A stretch of 64,000 bases of DNA, taken from positions 1,675,624-1,739,623 of the forward strand of contig CAWBWI010000001.1 of NCBI GenBank assembly GCA_963792585.1, given 5' to 3'. Each line of letters opens with the position of its first letter. Positions within the stretch are counted from its first letter, which is position 1. Shown one piece after another: positions 36,850 to 49,119 of this stretch. The DNA is from Candidatus Eiseniibacteriota bacterium (GTDB lineage Bacteria > Eisenbacteria > RBG-16-71-46 > CAIMUX01 > VGJL01). Both the position numbers and the translations under genes were made by a program. Under the pieces are notes generated by a model that had not been told where the DNA came from, made no database searches, and saw only the letters and a list, made by a program, of their open reading frames with translations.

Positions 36850-39800
36850 AGCTCTGCGAACTCTCCATCCAGCGGCCGGTCTTCGCGACGGTGATGAGCC
36901 TCGCGATCATCCTCTTCGGGGTCATCGCCTTCACGCGTCTTCCCGTGCGCGAGTACCCGGACATCGATCCGCCGATCGTCTCGATCACGACCTTCTACCG
37001 CGGCGCGAGCCCGAGCGTCGTCGAGACCGAGATCACGAACGTCCTCGAGGAGCAGCTCGCCACCCTCGAAGGGGTCAAGACGATCGACCTCGATCGAGCC
37101 AGGAGCAGGGCTCGGTCGATCACGATCGAGTTCGAGCTGAACCGCGACGTCGACGAGGCGGCGAACGACGTGCGCGACCGGGTCTCGCGGATCCGCGGCT
37201 CGCTCCCGCGCGAGGCCGACGACCCGATCGTCGCGAAGGTCGACGTCAACGCCCAGCCGATCGTCTGGATCGCCCTCTCGAGCGACCCGCCACGACGGAC
37301 TCGAGCTGACCGACGTCGCCGACCGCGTCCTGAAGGAGCGGATCCAGCGGCTGCCGGGCGTCGGCGTCGGTCATCATCGGCGGCGAGCGCCGCTACGCGA
37401 TGCGCGTCTGGCTCGACCCGATGCGGATGGCCGCCCACGGTCTGACGGCGCAGGACATCGAGGCGGCGATCCGGACGCGAGAACGCCGAGATCCCCGGCG
37501 GCCGCGTCGAGGGAACCGGGCGCGAGTTCGCGGTGCGCACGCGCGGCGACCTGACCACGCCCGAGGAGTTCGCGGCGATCATCGTCACGCAGAGCGAGAA
37601 CGACGTCGTGCGCCTGGGCGACGTGGCCGAGGTCGCGATCGGCGCCGAGGACGAGCGGACCGTCGCGCGCTACAACGGCCAGCCGGCCGTCGGCCTCGGC
37701 ATCGTCAAGCAGTCGAAGGCGAGCACGATCGACGTCGCCGCGCGCCGTGCGCGGCGCGCTGCCCGAGCTGTCGCAGAGCCGCTGCCCGAGGGCATGCGCC
37801 TCGACGTCGCCTACGACTCCTCGACCTTCATCGAGGATTCGATCCACGAGGTGACGGACACGCTCCTGATCGCCATGTGCCTCGTCGTGCTCGTGATCCT
37901 GGTCTTCCTGAAGAGCTTCCGCGCGACGATGATCCCGACGATCGCGATCCCGATCTCGATCATCGGCACCTTCGCGGTGGCCTACTTCCTGGGCTTCACG
38001 ATCAACATCCTGACGCTGCTGGCGCTCGTGCTCGCGATCGGACTCGTCGTGGACGACGCCATCGTCGTGCTGGAGAACATCTTCCGGCACATGGAGATGG
38101 GCAAGAGGACGCAGGCAGGCGGCGTTCGACGGCTCCAAGGAGATCGGCTTCGCCGTCCTCGCGACGACGATCGCGCTGGTCGCGGTCTTCGTCCCGGTCG
38201 CCTTCCTGACCGGCACCGTCGGGCGGCTCTTCAAGGAGTTCGGCATCTCGGTGGCGGTCGCGGTGCTGATCTCGGGATTCGTCGCACTGACCCTGACGCC
38301 GATGCTCTGCTCGCGGATGCTGCGGCCGCTGCACGGCGGCGGCACGGGCTGGACGACCCGCTCCTTCGACGCCTTCTTCAACTTCCTCGATCGCGTCGTA
38401 CGAGCAGACGCTGCGCACGGCGCTCCGCCGCCGTCCCGCTCGTCGTCGCGGCCGCCGTCGCGTTGATCGTGGTGAGCGTGGGGGTCTTCAAGCTGCTCCC
38501 GCGCGAGCTGGTGCCGACCGAGGACCGCGGCATCGCCTTCGGCATCGTCATCGCGCCGGAGGGCTCGACGCTCGACTACACGGACCGCTACATGCGGCAG
38601 GTCGAAGCGATTCTGCTGCCCCTGCCGGAGCGCAACGGACTCTTCACCGCGATCGGCTCTCGGCTTCGGCGGGCCCGGGACGGTCACCAACGGCTTCGTC
38701 TTCCTCAACCTGAAGCCGCGCGCCGAGCGCGACGAAGTCCCAGCAGGAGATCGTCGCAGGAGCTCTTCCCGCAGCTCTGATCTCGATCCCCGGCGTGCTC
38801 GCCTTCGTGATCAACCCGCCGAGCCTCGGCGGGCAGTTTCGCCTCGAGTCCGGTGGAGTACGTCCTGCAGGCGGAGAGCTACGACGAGCTGCGCCGGCGC
38901 GGTCGGCACGATGATGGCCAAGGCATCGAAGCTCGGCTACCTGGTCAACCTGGACACCGACCTGCGTCTCAACAAGCCGCAGCTCGACATCGCGATCGAC
39001 CGCGAGCGGGCCGCGGGCCTCGGCGTCTCGGTCACCGACATCGGCACGCACGCTGGAGACGTTCCTCGGCGGCCGCGTGGTGAGCGAGTTCAAGCGCGGC
39101 GACGAAGCAGTACGACGTCATCGCGCAGATGAAGGCCGGCCGGTCGCGCGACCCCAGACGCGATCGACGGCATCTACCTGCGCGGCAACGGCGGCCTGGT
39201 GCAGCTCGCGAACGTCGTGAACGTGCAGCGAGACGGTGGCGCCGAAGGAGCTGAACCACTATCAACCGCGTGCGCTCGGCGACGATCACGGCGAATCTCG
39301 CGCCGGGCGTGAGCCTCGGGACGGCCCTGGACGCTCTCGACCGGATCGCCAGGCGAGAGCTGCCCCCGTCGATCAAGCGCGAGCTTTCGGCGGCCAGTCG
39401 CGCGAGTTCCGCGAGTCGAGCTCCAGCCTCTACTTCATGTTCCTGCTCGCGGTGGTCTTCATCTTCCTGGTGCTGGCCGCGCAGTTCGAGAGCTTCGTCC
39501 ACCCGCTCACGATCCTGCTCTCGGTGCCGCTGGCCGTGGTCGGCGCGCTCGTCTCGCTCTATCGTGTTCCGCCAGAGCATGAACATCTACTCGCAGATCG
39601 GGCTGATCATGCTGATCGGCCTGGTGACGAAGAACTCGATCCTGATCGTCGAGTACGCGAACCAGCTTCGCGCGCGCGGGATGGACGACGGTCGAGGCGG
39701 TGGTGGAGGCCGCGCGCATCCGGCTGCGACCGATCCTCATGACCTCCTTCGCGACGATCTTCGGCATCCTGCCGATCGCGATCGGCCTCGGCGCCGGCGC

Positions 39801-39993
39801 GGAGTCGCGCCGGCCGCTCGGCATCGCGGTCGTCGGCGGGATGGTCTTCTCGACCTTCCTGACGCTCGTGCTGGTGCCGGTCGTCTACACGCTGCTCTCG
39901 CGCTTCACGCGCGCCGAGGTGCACGAGACGGAACCGTCCCGCGCGACGGCCGTCGGGGGCGGGGCCGCGCCGAGGCCGCAGACGGCGCGCTAG
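36846..39993 (+). pseudogene. AcrB/MdtB-like RND permease with multiple frameshifts (probably sequence error)
   Basis: Fragments in different frames: [76 protein letters not shown]. Confidence 0.85.
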
Positions 39994-40940
39994 CGCAGGA
40001 GCGCCGCGATCTCTCCGAGCTCGTCGCGCGTCAGATCCCAGTCGGCGGCTTTCGCAGTCTCCTCGATCTGCGACGGCCGGCGCGCTCCGACGATCGCGGC
40101 TGTCAGCTCCGGACGGCGGAGGACCCAGGCGATCGCGAGCTGGCCGACCGTGCGCCCGGCGCGACCGGCGATCGCGCGGAGTTTCTCGACCAGTTCGAGG
40201 TTCTGGGTGAGAAGAGGTTCCTGGTACTGGCGGGCATTGCGTCTCCAGTCATCCATGGGAAGGGCCGCCATCCGCTCGCGGGTGAAACCGCCGCTCAGGA
40301 TCCCCGCCTGCATCGGGCTGTAGACGATCACCCCGATCCCGTGCTCGCGGCAGTAACCCAAGAGCTCGCCTTCCACGATGCGATGGACCATGCTGTAGGG
40401 CGGCTGGAGCGAGGCGACGGGGTGGATTGCGCGAATGCGTTCGAGTTGCTCGACGTTGAAGTTCGAGACCCCAGCGTGCAGGATCTTTCCCTCGCCGACG
40501 AGCCGGGCGATCTCACACCAAGCTTCCTCGATGTCCTCGGGAGGGTTCGGCCAGTGGATCTGGTATAGATCGATTCGATCGGTGCGGAGCCTGCGAAGGG
40601 AATCTTCCACCTCGCGACGCACGCTCCCGGCCTTCAGGCGACCGAACGGCGTCGTCTCCCCAGGGTTCCAGACGAGACCGCACTTCGTGGCGAGGATCAC
40701 CCGGTCGCGGCGTCCTTCGATCGCGCGCGCGACGACCTCCTCGGAGTGACCGAGGCCGTAGACGGCGGCCGTATCGATCCAGTTGATCCCCAGATCGAGC
40801 CCGCGGCGGATCGCGGCGATCGACTCGTTGTCGTCCTGCGGGCCCCATCCGAAGGCCCAGCCTCCTCCGCCGATCGCCCAGGCGCCGAATCCGACCGTGG
40901 TCAGTTCGAGGCCGCTGACTCCCAGCTTGCGTGTGCGCAT
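39990..40940 (-). CDS. Aldo/keto reductase
   Basis: [44 protein letters not shown]. Confidence 0.93.
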   Translation of the reverse strand: MRTRKLGVSGLELTTVGFGAWAIGGGGWAFGWGPQDDNESIAAIRRGLDLGINWIDTAAVYGLGHSEEVVARAIEGRRDRVILATKCGLVWNPGETTPFGRLKAGSVRREVEDSLRRLRTDRIDLYQIHWPNPPEDIEEAWCEIARLVGEGKILHAGVSNFNVEQLERIRAIHPVASLQPPYSMVHRIVEGELLGYCREHGIGVIVYSPMQAGILSGGFTRERMAALPMDDWRRNARQYQEPLLTQNLELVEKLRAIAGRAGRTVGQLAIAWVLRRPELTAAIVGARRPSQIEETAKAADWDLTRDELGEIAALLR

Positions 40941-41021
40941 GTCGTCCCCCTGGAAGCGAATCGCCGCCTCTGGCCCCCCGCGAGTTTCGTGAACTGTAGC
41001 ACAAGAAACTTTGAGACCCGC

Positions 41022-41051
41022 TTGCCGGACCCGCGACCCTTCTCGCATACT
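41022..41051 (+). promoter_or_regulatory. sigma70-like promoter of msrP (apparently leaderless)
   Basis: TTGCCG-18-CATACT, 6 nt before ATG 41058, no SD. Confidence 0.45.
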
Positions 41052-41057
41052 GGAACC

Positions 41058-42008
<951 letters not shown>

Positions 42009-42011
42009 ACG

Positions 42012-42665
42012 ATGGCGGACGCGGCCGCGAAAGCGATGCGTCCCTCCCCGCGACGGAAGCGCTGGATCAAGCCGGTCGCCTTCGTTCTCTGCCTCGTCCC
42101 CCTCGGCAAGATCGCCTATGACGCATTCCTGGGCCAGGGACTCGGGGCGAATCCGATCGCAGAGATCCTGAACCGTCTCGGCTTTTGGACCCTCACGCTG
42201 CTCACGGCCACCCTCGCCTGCACGCCCCTCAAGATCGTCTTCGGATGGACCTGGCCGCTGCGGCTGCGCCGGATGCTCGGGGTCTTCACGTTCGCATACG
42301 CGTTTCTGCACTTCACGACTTACTTCGCGATCGATCAGCTCTTCGACCTCCGTGCGATCCTCGCCGACATCGTGAAGCGAAAGTTCATCACGCTCGGGTT
42401 CGTCGCGTTCCTGGTCCTGATCCCGCTTGCGCTCACATCCACCAACGCCGCCGTACGCCGCATGGGTTTCGTCCGCTGGAAACGACTCCACCGCCTCGTC
42501 TATCTCGTCGCCGGCCTCGGCCTCATCCACTTCTATTGGCGGGTCAAGGCGGATCACCGGGAGCCATGGATCTACATCGGCATCATCGCCGCACTGATGC
42601 TCGCGCGCGGGATCTCCTGGCTGCGAGGTCGGGCTCGCAGGCGCGTGATTAGACCTGCCGTGTAA
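42012..42665 (+). CDS. msrQ: Heme-binding membrane subunit MsrQ
   Basis: LACTP, RRMLG..Y..LH, LALTS, WKRLHRLVY..IHFYW; follows msrP. Confidence 0.93.
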   Translation: MADAAAKAMRPSPRRKRWIKPVAFVLCLVPLGKIAYDAFLGQGLGANPIAEILNRLGFWTLTLLTATLACTPLKIVFGWTWPLRLRRMLGVFTFAYAFLHFTTYFAIDQLFDLRAILADIVKRKFITLGFVAFLVLIPLALTSTNAAVRRMGFVRWKRLHRLVYLVAGLGLIHFYWRVKADHREPWIYIGIIAALMLARGISWLRGRARRRVIRPAV

Positions 42666-42698
42666 CGCGGAACCGAGCTAGGGGATTCGGCACGGCGC

Positions 42699-42728
42699 TT
42701 GACTGCTCCGATGCCGAAGGCTTATCGT
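42699..42728 (+). promoter_or_regulatory. sigma70-like promoter
   Basis: TTGACT-18-TATCGT upstream of the CDS at 42792. Confidence 0.35.
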
Positions 42729-42791
42729 TGATGGGCCGATGAAGCGGCACGATGTCCGCGTCCCCGAACCACGCAACGCAGAGGTCAACGT

Positions 42792-44765
42792 ATGCGAACC
42801 CGCAGCAGCGTCGTCATGGTCGGCCTTGTCCTTGGATTGGCCGCCTCCCCCGCCGGGGCGCAGTTCTGGCGTCAGAACGACCAGATCTTCAATCCCAGCG
42901 GGATTCCTTCGCTCTTCTTCTCCCAGCCCCGCTTCGCCGATCTGGATGCCGACGGAGACCTCGACCTCATTCTGGGCAGCACGGAAAGTACGCCCCTCTA
43001 CTACCAGAACACAGGGACGTCCACCAACCCGGCCTTCTCCGAAGGGCCCGAAATCTTCGCTCCCGTGGGCGAGTTGGATGCCGAGGTCGGGGTCTGCGTC
43101 GACCTGGACGGCGACTCGGACCTGGATTTCGTCACCGGGGGATACAATGGGTTGGTCCTCTTCGAGAACACGGGAAGCCCAACCGCCCCCGTCTTCGTCA
43201 AGCGCGCGGGCTTCTTCTCCGCCCTCGCGACCGGCTCGAATCCCGTTCCGACGCTGGCCGATCTCGACGGCGACCAGGATGCCGATTTGCTCATCGGCCT
43301 CAGCGAGAGTGGCGTCCTGAAGTACTACGCCAACACCGGCACGCCCACCGCCGCCGTGTTCCAGGAGTCCGGAGCCGAGACTTGGTTCGACATCGGCCTC
43401 TACGCGTATCCGTGGTTCGTGGACCTGGATGGAGACCTCGATGTCGACTTGGCCTCCGGGCGCGATGCGCACGGGTTCGAATACTATCGCAACGACGGCG
43501 ACTCCTCGGCCTGGGTCTGGACGCCGAATTCAGCCGTATTCGCGGGCCTGGGAGAGGCGACCTACTGGAACTCCCCGTGTCTGGTCGATCTCAACGGAGA
43601 TGACCGACCGGACCTCATCTTCGGGACGAGCGCCGGGCCGTTGCAGTACTACGTGAACGGCGGACCGCCGGAGAACCCGCAGTGGAACGTCAATACGAGC
43701 CTCTTCGGCGGCGTCCTGGACGTCGACGCGGCCAGCTCCCCCTTCTTCTTCGATTTCGATGCAGACGGTGATCTGGATCTCGTCAGCGGCAGCCAAGCGG
43801 GCGGCATCAAGTACTACGAAAACGTGGGAACGAGCGGGGCTCCCGCCTGGCGAGCCGCGCACGGCTACTTCGCCGCCATCGATCACTCGATCTATTCCGC
43901 CATCGCGCTCGGCCGTCTCGACGGCGACGAACAACCCGACGCCGTCGTTGGCGACCTCTCCGGAAACCTGTTCTATCACCACAACACGGGATCGGGCTTC
44001 GAGTATGACGCGGGCGTGTTCGCGGGAATCAACGTCGGAGCCTGGTCGGTTCCCCGGCTGGTGGACATGAACGCCGACGGGGATCTGGACCTGGTGGTGG
44101 GCAACGAGGCCGGCCGGCTGCGTTACTTCGAAAGCATCGGCACCGGCTCCATGGAGTGGCGCGAAGTCGTCGGGTACTTCAGCACGATCGATATCGGATC
44201 CAATTGTTCGCCGACACTGGGCGACTATGACCGCGACGGAGACATCGACCTCCTCACCGGGGACATCGGCCATGAACTCCAGTACTTCCGGCATGCAGGC
44301 ACAGCCTGGCAGGAGGATCCGGGCGTGGTCGCCGGGCTCGTGGTGGGCCAGAACGCAGCCCCCGCGTTCGGCGATCTGGATCATGACGGCGACCTTGATC
44401 TGACCGTCGGCAACTACTCCGGCACATTCAACTACTTCGAGAATACCGGGCCCGTATCGAGCATTTCCGCCGATGAAGACCTGGATGCCCGCCCGATCCG
44501 CCTTCAGGCGGGTCCGAACCCGTTTACGGACCGCGTGACTCTGACCTTCAAACTGCCGAAGGCCGCCCCAGTCGATCTGGCGATCTACGATGCCGCCGGG
44601 AGGCGTGTTCGCCAGTTGCTCGGCGGCCTCGTCCCCGCGGGCGCGCACACGATCGTGTGGAACCGGGCAGGCGCCCCCGATCCCGGCGGGACCAGCGGCG
44701 CCTACTTCTGCCGTCTCAAAGTACGCGACTCAACCCGGACGATCGCACTGACCCGCGTCAGGTGA
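42792..44765 (+). CDS. Secreted FG-GAP/VCBS-repeat protein with C-terminal FlgD-Ig/T9SS-like domain
   Basis: About ten P...DxDxDGDxDLxxG...Y.NxG repeats; GPNPF..IYDAAGRRVRQL..SGAYFCRL. Confidence 0.88.
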   Translation: MRTRSSVVMVGLVLGLAASPAGAQFWRQNDQIFNPSGIPSLFFSQPRFADLDADGDLDLILGSTESTPLYYQNTGTSTNPAFSEGPEIFAPVGELDAEVGVCVDLDGDSDLDFVTGGYNGLVLFENTGSPTAPVFVKRAGFFSALATGSNPVPTLADLDGDQDADLLIGLSESGVLKYYANTGTPTAAVFQESGAETWFDIGLYAYPWFVDLDGDLDVDLASGRDAHGFEYYRNDGDSSAWVWTPNSAVFAGLGEATYWNSPCLVDLNGDDRPDLIFGTSAGPLQYYVNGGPPENPQWNVNTSLFGGVLDVDAASSPFFFDFDADGDLDLVSGSQAGGIKYYENVGTSGAPAWRAAHGYFAAIDHSIYSAIALGRLDGDEQPDAVVGDLSGNLFYHHNTGSGFEYDAGVFAGINVGAWSVPRLVDMNADGDLDLVVGNEAGRLRYFESIGTGSMEWREVVGYFSTIDIGSNCSPTLGDYDRDGDIDLLTGDIGHELQYFRHAGTAWQEDPGVVAGLVVGQNAAPAFGDLDHDGDLDLTVGNYSGTFNYFENTGPVSSISADEDLDARPIRLQAGPNPFTDRVTLTFKLPKAAPVDLAIYDAAGRRVRQLLGGLVPAGAHTIVWNRAGAPDPGGTSGAYFCRLKVRDSTRTIALTRVR

Positions 44766-44821
44766 CGGCAGCATTCGGAGCGATCGCGTCTCCGTCCGGT
44801 TCGAGGGGAACGGGTCGCTGA

Positions 44822-46531
44822 TCACTCTCTGCAGACGATGATTCGCGCGCTACCCCAGTCCCCCTCCGCCGTCGGCTGCCAGCGGATGAAGTAGACGCCG
44901 CTCCTCACATCCGTGCCGAGAAGCTCCCGCACCGGAAGATCCACATCACCGGCAAACGTCCGCCGCCCGATCAGACGCCCCGTGGGATCGCAGATCGTCA
45001 CGCGACCGGCCCGCCCCTCCGGCGGGGAGAGTGTGATGCGGCCGCCGGCGAAGACCGGGTTCGGCGCGACACGCAGCGGCAGGACCCGAAGACCGGGTCC
45101 TTGCGCGACGTCGGCGGGGTTGAGTCCGATGTAACGGCCGTGGTTCGCCACGTTCTGCCGGATCTTGGGCCAGTCCATCCGTGAGGTCGGCGTCGCCACG
45201 CTCCCGTCGACATCGAAGACGTAGACCCGTCCGTGACCGTTCATGTCGCTTCCCGCAACGGCCATCTCGAAACCACCATCCCCATCCGCGTCCATGATGT
45301 GGGTCGATGAGTGAGAGTTCAAGTCGCTCGGGCTGTACAGGGTCTTCGGGAATCCGGGTAGGACGCTCCCGGCGAGGTTCCATCCCGAGACATATTGCGC
45401 AGAGGAGAACCAGTAGGTCAGGAAGATCTCCTGGAGACCATCATTGTTCACATCGACGACCGACGGCGATGAAATCTGTTGGATGCCGGCGATCGTCTTC
45501 GGATAGCCCGCCATCTCGAGGCCGCTCGGGAGGAGGATGTGCAACTTCGCGTCGGCTGTGACCGTTACGATCTCGGGGACACCATCCCCTTGGACGTCCG
45601 CGACCGCGGGATTGCAGCGGGAGGAATTGCCCTCCGCGGCGATCGTCCTTGGCCATCCGGTCATCACATTGCCGTCGGGATGCCAGACCCAGAGCCTCGA
45701 GCCCTGCGATCCCGGATCCCCTTCCTGCGCGATGATCTCGAGGGTTTCGTCCCCGTCGAGGTCGGCGAGAGCTGGGGAGGAGTAGATCGGCCTGATCACC
45801 TTCGGCCACCCTGACGCCACGGTGCCGTTGGCGTGGATCAGGTAGACCCCCCAATCCGGATAGCAGACATTGCCGACCGCCACCTCAAGCGATCCATCGT
45901 GGTCGACGTCGCCGACCGCCGGCGCGGACCATTGCGGGTTGTTGATCGGCACGCTCCAGGTGAAAGGCCAGCCCGGCAACGGCACGCCGGTCCTGTCGTA
46001 GAAGAAGACCCCCTGCTCCCCCGCTGTTCCAACGTCGAGATGCGAGTCGCCGTCCAGGTCGACGATGACCGGGCAGGTGAGGTTCGTGATCGAGATGAAG
46101 GGAACATCGACCGGCCATCCAGCCTTCGGAGCTCCTGTCATCCCATCCAGAACCCAGAGGCGCGCGGTCGGCAGGGTCGAGGCGATTGCGACCTCGGCGT
46201 GCCCGTCGCCGTCGACGTCGTCAACCGCCGCGTGCATCTGGACGTTTCCTACGTTCCGCGACCAGAGGAGGGCGCCGCCCAACGTGTACGCATAGATGTA
46301 GAGATCGTCGGCGGCGATGACCTCCGGGGTCCCGTCCCCGGTCAAATCCGCGAAGATCGGCGTCGCGATCATCTCGCGCGTCGACTGCGGCCAGGATCGA
46401 TCGCCGCCCGGCAGATCGCCGTCATCGGGGAGGGGCGCCGGCGTGAACGCCAGTCGGCTCACCGGAGCGGCCAACCCGGACGCCGAGGCGAGAATCGTGA
46501 GCAGGAAACCTGCGAATGCGATGCGGAGCAT
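44822..46531 (-). CDS. Secreted FG-GAP/VCBS-repeat protein (GWP-type repeats) with C-terminal sorting-like domain
   Basis: Repeats of PAVxDxDxDGxxE..GWP; APNP..D.TGR..SGVYFIRW; GGAGG RBS. Confidence 0.85.
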   Translation of the reverse strand: MLRIAFAGFLLTILASASGLAAPVSRLAFTPAPLPDDGDLPGGDRSWPQSTREMIATPIFADLTGDGTPEVIAADDLYIYAYTLGGALLWSRNVGNVQMHAAVDDVDGDGHAEVAIASTLPTARLWVLDGMTGAPKAGWPVDVPFISITNLTCPVIVDLDGDSHLDVGTAGEQGVFFYDRTGVPLPGWPFTWSVPINNPQWSAPAVGDVDHDGSLEVAVGNVCYPDWGVYLIHANGTVASGWPKVIRPIYSSPALADLDGDETLEIIAQEGDPGSQGSRLWVWHPDGNVMTGWPRTIAAEGNSSRCNPAVADVQGDGVPEIVTVTADAKLHILLPSGLEMAGYPKTIAGIQQISSPSVVDVNNDGLQEIFLTYWFSSAQYVSGWNLAGSVLPGFPKTLYSPSDLNSHSSTHIMDADGDGGFEMAVAGSDMNGHGRVYVFDVDGSVATPTSRMDWPKIRQNVANHGRYIGLNPADVAQGPGLRVLPLRVAPNPVFAGGRITLSPPEGRAGRVTICDPTGRLIGRRTFAGDVDLPVRELLGTDVRSGVYFIRWQPTAEGDWGSARIIVCRE

Positions 46532-46654
46532 CTGGACCTCCTGTTTGAGCCGATCGAGGCGATCGCTGCTGGAAGACAGCCGGCAACCGAATGCTGCGGG
46601 CTCGATTATAGCGCGTCGGGATTGGGAAGAACAGGGGTCCGCCGTTCTCTGCGG

Positions 46655-46703
46655 CTGCCGTATGAAAATGTCATCCTCTTACTGCCATGCGAAAATGTCA
46701 CCC
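46655..46703. promoter_or_regulatory. Direct repeat pair upstream of a TATAAT box, candidate activator site
   Basis: CTGCCGTATGAAAATGTCATCC and CTGCCATGCGAAAATGTCACCC, 27-bp period; minus-strand TATAAT at 46605-46610. Confidence 0.45.
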
Positions 46704-46849
46704 CATGGAGACGATTCACCTGCTGGGGAAGTCTGAGCTCAGATCAAGGCGAAGCTCGCAGGGGCTTCATGCCCATCGTGTTCGTGAGCACGCAAGAAGC
46801 CCGGAGCGCCATCGCGCCCCGGGCTTCCAGCTTCGGCTCGAGAGTGCGT

Positions 46850-48661
46850 CTACTCGACCTTCAGCATCTTGCTCGTCGCGATCTCATCACCCACGCGGAC
46901 GGTGTAGAGATACAGCCCGGCCGGAACATGGCGTCCCGCGTCATCGTCGCCGAACCAGCGGACCCGATGCTCTCCCGCCTGCTGCGTCGCGTTCAGCAGC
47001 GTACGAACATGCCGCCCGCTCGCATCATAGACATCCGCCTGAACCGCCGCGGTCCTCGACGTCGTGTACTTGATCGTCGTAACGGGGTTGAACGGGTTCG
47101 GCGCGTTCTGCTCGAGTCGAACTACGCGCGCCGGCAGCGCCCCTTCCGCGACGTCCATGACGGTGCTCGTCTGAGCGCTGAACTTGAAGTCCTTCCCGCT
47201 CGATCCGCAGGCCCTCTTCAGCTCGACGCCCATGTAGACGTGATCCGTCTCGTTCCAGCGGGTCAGTTCGAAGGTCGCATGGCCCGTGGCGTCGATCGGG
47301 ACGATGTATTCCTCGAAGATATTCTGGCCGGCGAACTTCCGGATGAACAAGAGCTGCCAGTTGTACTCACAGGCGTTCAGCCCGCTGAAGGTGACCGTCA
47401 GCTTGTTATCCGTCGATCCGGTCTGTGGCTTGAAGCGCGTGTAGTTCGTCCCGAGGGAGACGGGCAACCTCGTGCTGGTCGGGTGGACATCGGTCTGCGG
47501 ATAGGTCGTGATGTCCTTGTCAAATGCGATAGAGACCGGATTCGGGTCGTACCACTCGCCCCCCTCGCTGTAGTGATTTCCGTCCGCCCGGAGGCATGTG
47601 TAGTAGTTCCACCGCGCCCACTCGTTCACCGCCAGATCCCACGTGAACGCCGGGTCGTATTGCCCGATGACGTTCTCGAAGGCGTTCGTCAGGTTCGTGT
47701 TGACTGCGTCGTAGTACCAGATGTCCTTCACGATATCGATCGCGAACCGCTCCCCGAGATAGGTCGGCCAGACCATGCAGGCGTATTCCCACTGGCCATC
47801 GGCATCACGGAGACCGTTCCAGGGACGCGCGAAGAAGGAGCGGAGATAGCCGACGTATTGATTGCTCTCGTCATAGACCATATCTTCGGACCATGTCGCG
47901 CAGTTCTCCATCCACCAGGACGATGTCTGCGCATTGAGCCCCATCTGGACCACGTGCATGTACTCGTGGACGACGGTCACACGCATGTTGTCCCAGATGC
48001 TGCCGCCGTACTGCGTGAAGTCGTGATCGATGATGAAGTAGGCGGTATAGGAGTTCGGATACGGAGCGCCCACGGGTGTTTCGGGGAATGTGACTCCCAT
48101 CACCCCATTTCCCAATGCGTCGCAATAGCAGTCGATCTTGGTGTTTCCGCCGGCGCCCCCGTCCGAGGGCGGTGCGGGATATCCCATCGCCACGAACTGG
48201 TTGTAGCCCCGTTCGCAGGAGGAGATGACCGAATCGCGGAATGCCGTGTTCGGCCAACCGTAGATGATGTTTGCCCCGCTCGTGGAATAGTGCACGCGGA
48301 AGTGAGGCGTGTCGACATAGCTGTCAAGGTTCGGACGAACCCGTAGCCGTTCCAGATACGCGCCGTCTTCCTGCGGGAGCTCGCTTCGACGCTGTGACGC
48401 GTCGATGTACGTCGGTGTGCCGCACCGGATCGGGACGGCATCCGCGACCCGGTATTCCTGGGGAAGCCTGTTCGGGTCGAACAGGGCATAGAGGCGGTAG
48501 AGCAGGGCCTGGGCCTGGGTGATCTGCTGGGCCGCGAGCGCCTCATTGATCGTCGTGAGGGGGGATCGCGCGGGCTCCGGCTGATCCGCCGCCCAGGCAA
48601 AGACGGGCATGAGGATCGCAAGCCCCAGGACCAGAAGACCGATACCGTGGAGAGACTTCAT
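46850..48661 (-). CDS. Secreted Zn metalloprotease (MXAN_6640-like) with C-terminal FlgD-Ig domain
   Basis: Signal peptide; IRCGT cysteine-switch-like motif; HFRVHY; TVVHEYMHVVQ..WWMENCATWSE; QNAPNPFNP..GRHVRTL..W.G.D..G. Confidence 0.85.
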   Translation of the reverse strand: MKSLHGIGLLVLGLAILMPVFAWAADQPEPARSPLTTINEALAAQQITQAQALLYRLYALFDPNRLPQEYRVADAVPIRCGTPTYIDASQRRSELPQEDGAYLERLRVRPNLDSYVDTPHFRVHYSTSGANIIYGWPNTAFRDSVISSCERGYNQFVAMGYPAPPSDGGAGGNTKIDCYCDALGNGVMGVTFPETPVGAPYPNSYTAYFIIDHDFTQYGGSIWDNMRVTVVHEYMHVVQMGLNAQTSSWWMENCATWSEDMVYDESNQYVGYLRSFFARPWNGLRDADGQWEYACMVWPTYLGERFAIDIVKDIWYYDAVNTNLTNAFENVIGQYDPAFTWDLAVNEWARWNYYTCLRADGNHYSEGGEWYDPNPVSIAFDKDITTYPQTDVHPTSTRLPVSLGTNYTRFKPQTGSTDNKLTVTFSGLNACEYNWQLLFIRKFAGQNIFEEYIVPIDATGHATFELTRWNETDHVYMGVELKRACGSSGKDFKFSAQTSTVMDVAEGALPARVVRLEQNAPNPFNPVTTIKYTTSRTAAVQADVYDASGRHVRTLLNATQQAGEHRVRWFGDDDAGRHVPAGLYLYTVRVGDEIATSKMLKVE

Positions 48662-48741
48662 GTGCGGGCCTCCTTGACACAGATGTCATGGACAAGACTT
48701 CCACTCCGATGCGTCTATTAGAGGAGCTAAGCATTTCGCGT

Positions 48742-48775
48742 TCACGATGATAGCGAAGCTAATCGTGACCGTCAA
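48742..48775 (-). promoter_or_regulatory. sigma70 promoter overlapped by an imperfect palindrome
   Basis: Minus-strand TTGACG-17-TATCAT (48775-48747); TCACGAT...ATCGTGA inverted repeat at 48742-48768. Confidence 0.6.
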
Positions 48776-49119
48776 GTAGGTGGGCCCCGCAGTATGTGGG
48801 CCTCGCGGCGTTGCGTCGGGCCGCGTCACAGGAGCGAGAGAGGTAACTCCTTCCATGACAACCGGCCACGCAGAGGATTCACGGCGCTAAATCCGTGACT
48901 ACCGTCTCAGGGGCAAGCTCTCTGATCGCCCTGATCATACGGCAGAAGGAAGCCCCCGAGCCAACCCTCCGCGGGTCTTCAACTCTGGAGCCCCATGGGA
49001 CCATCCTCGGGCCCGGCCCCGTCCGTCCGGCAAGAAGTTCGCACGCCGAACGGCCGCCGACGTCGAAGATCCCGAACTGGATTGACCCCTCGATCGGAAT
49101 CGCCAATTATGAAGCCCTC

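Noticed and set aside
36390-39700. Programmed frameshifting or phase variation in the RND genes
   Set aside because: Too many shifts, and no slippery or homopolymer tracts at the junctions I could inspect.
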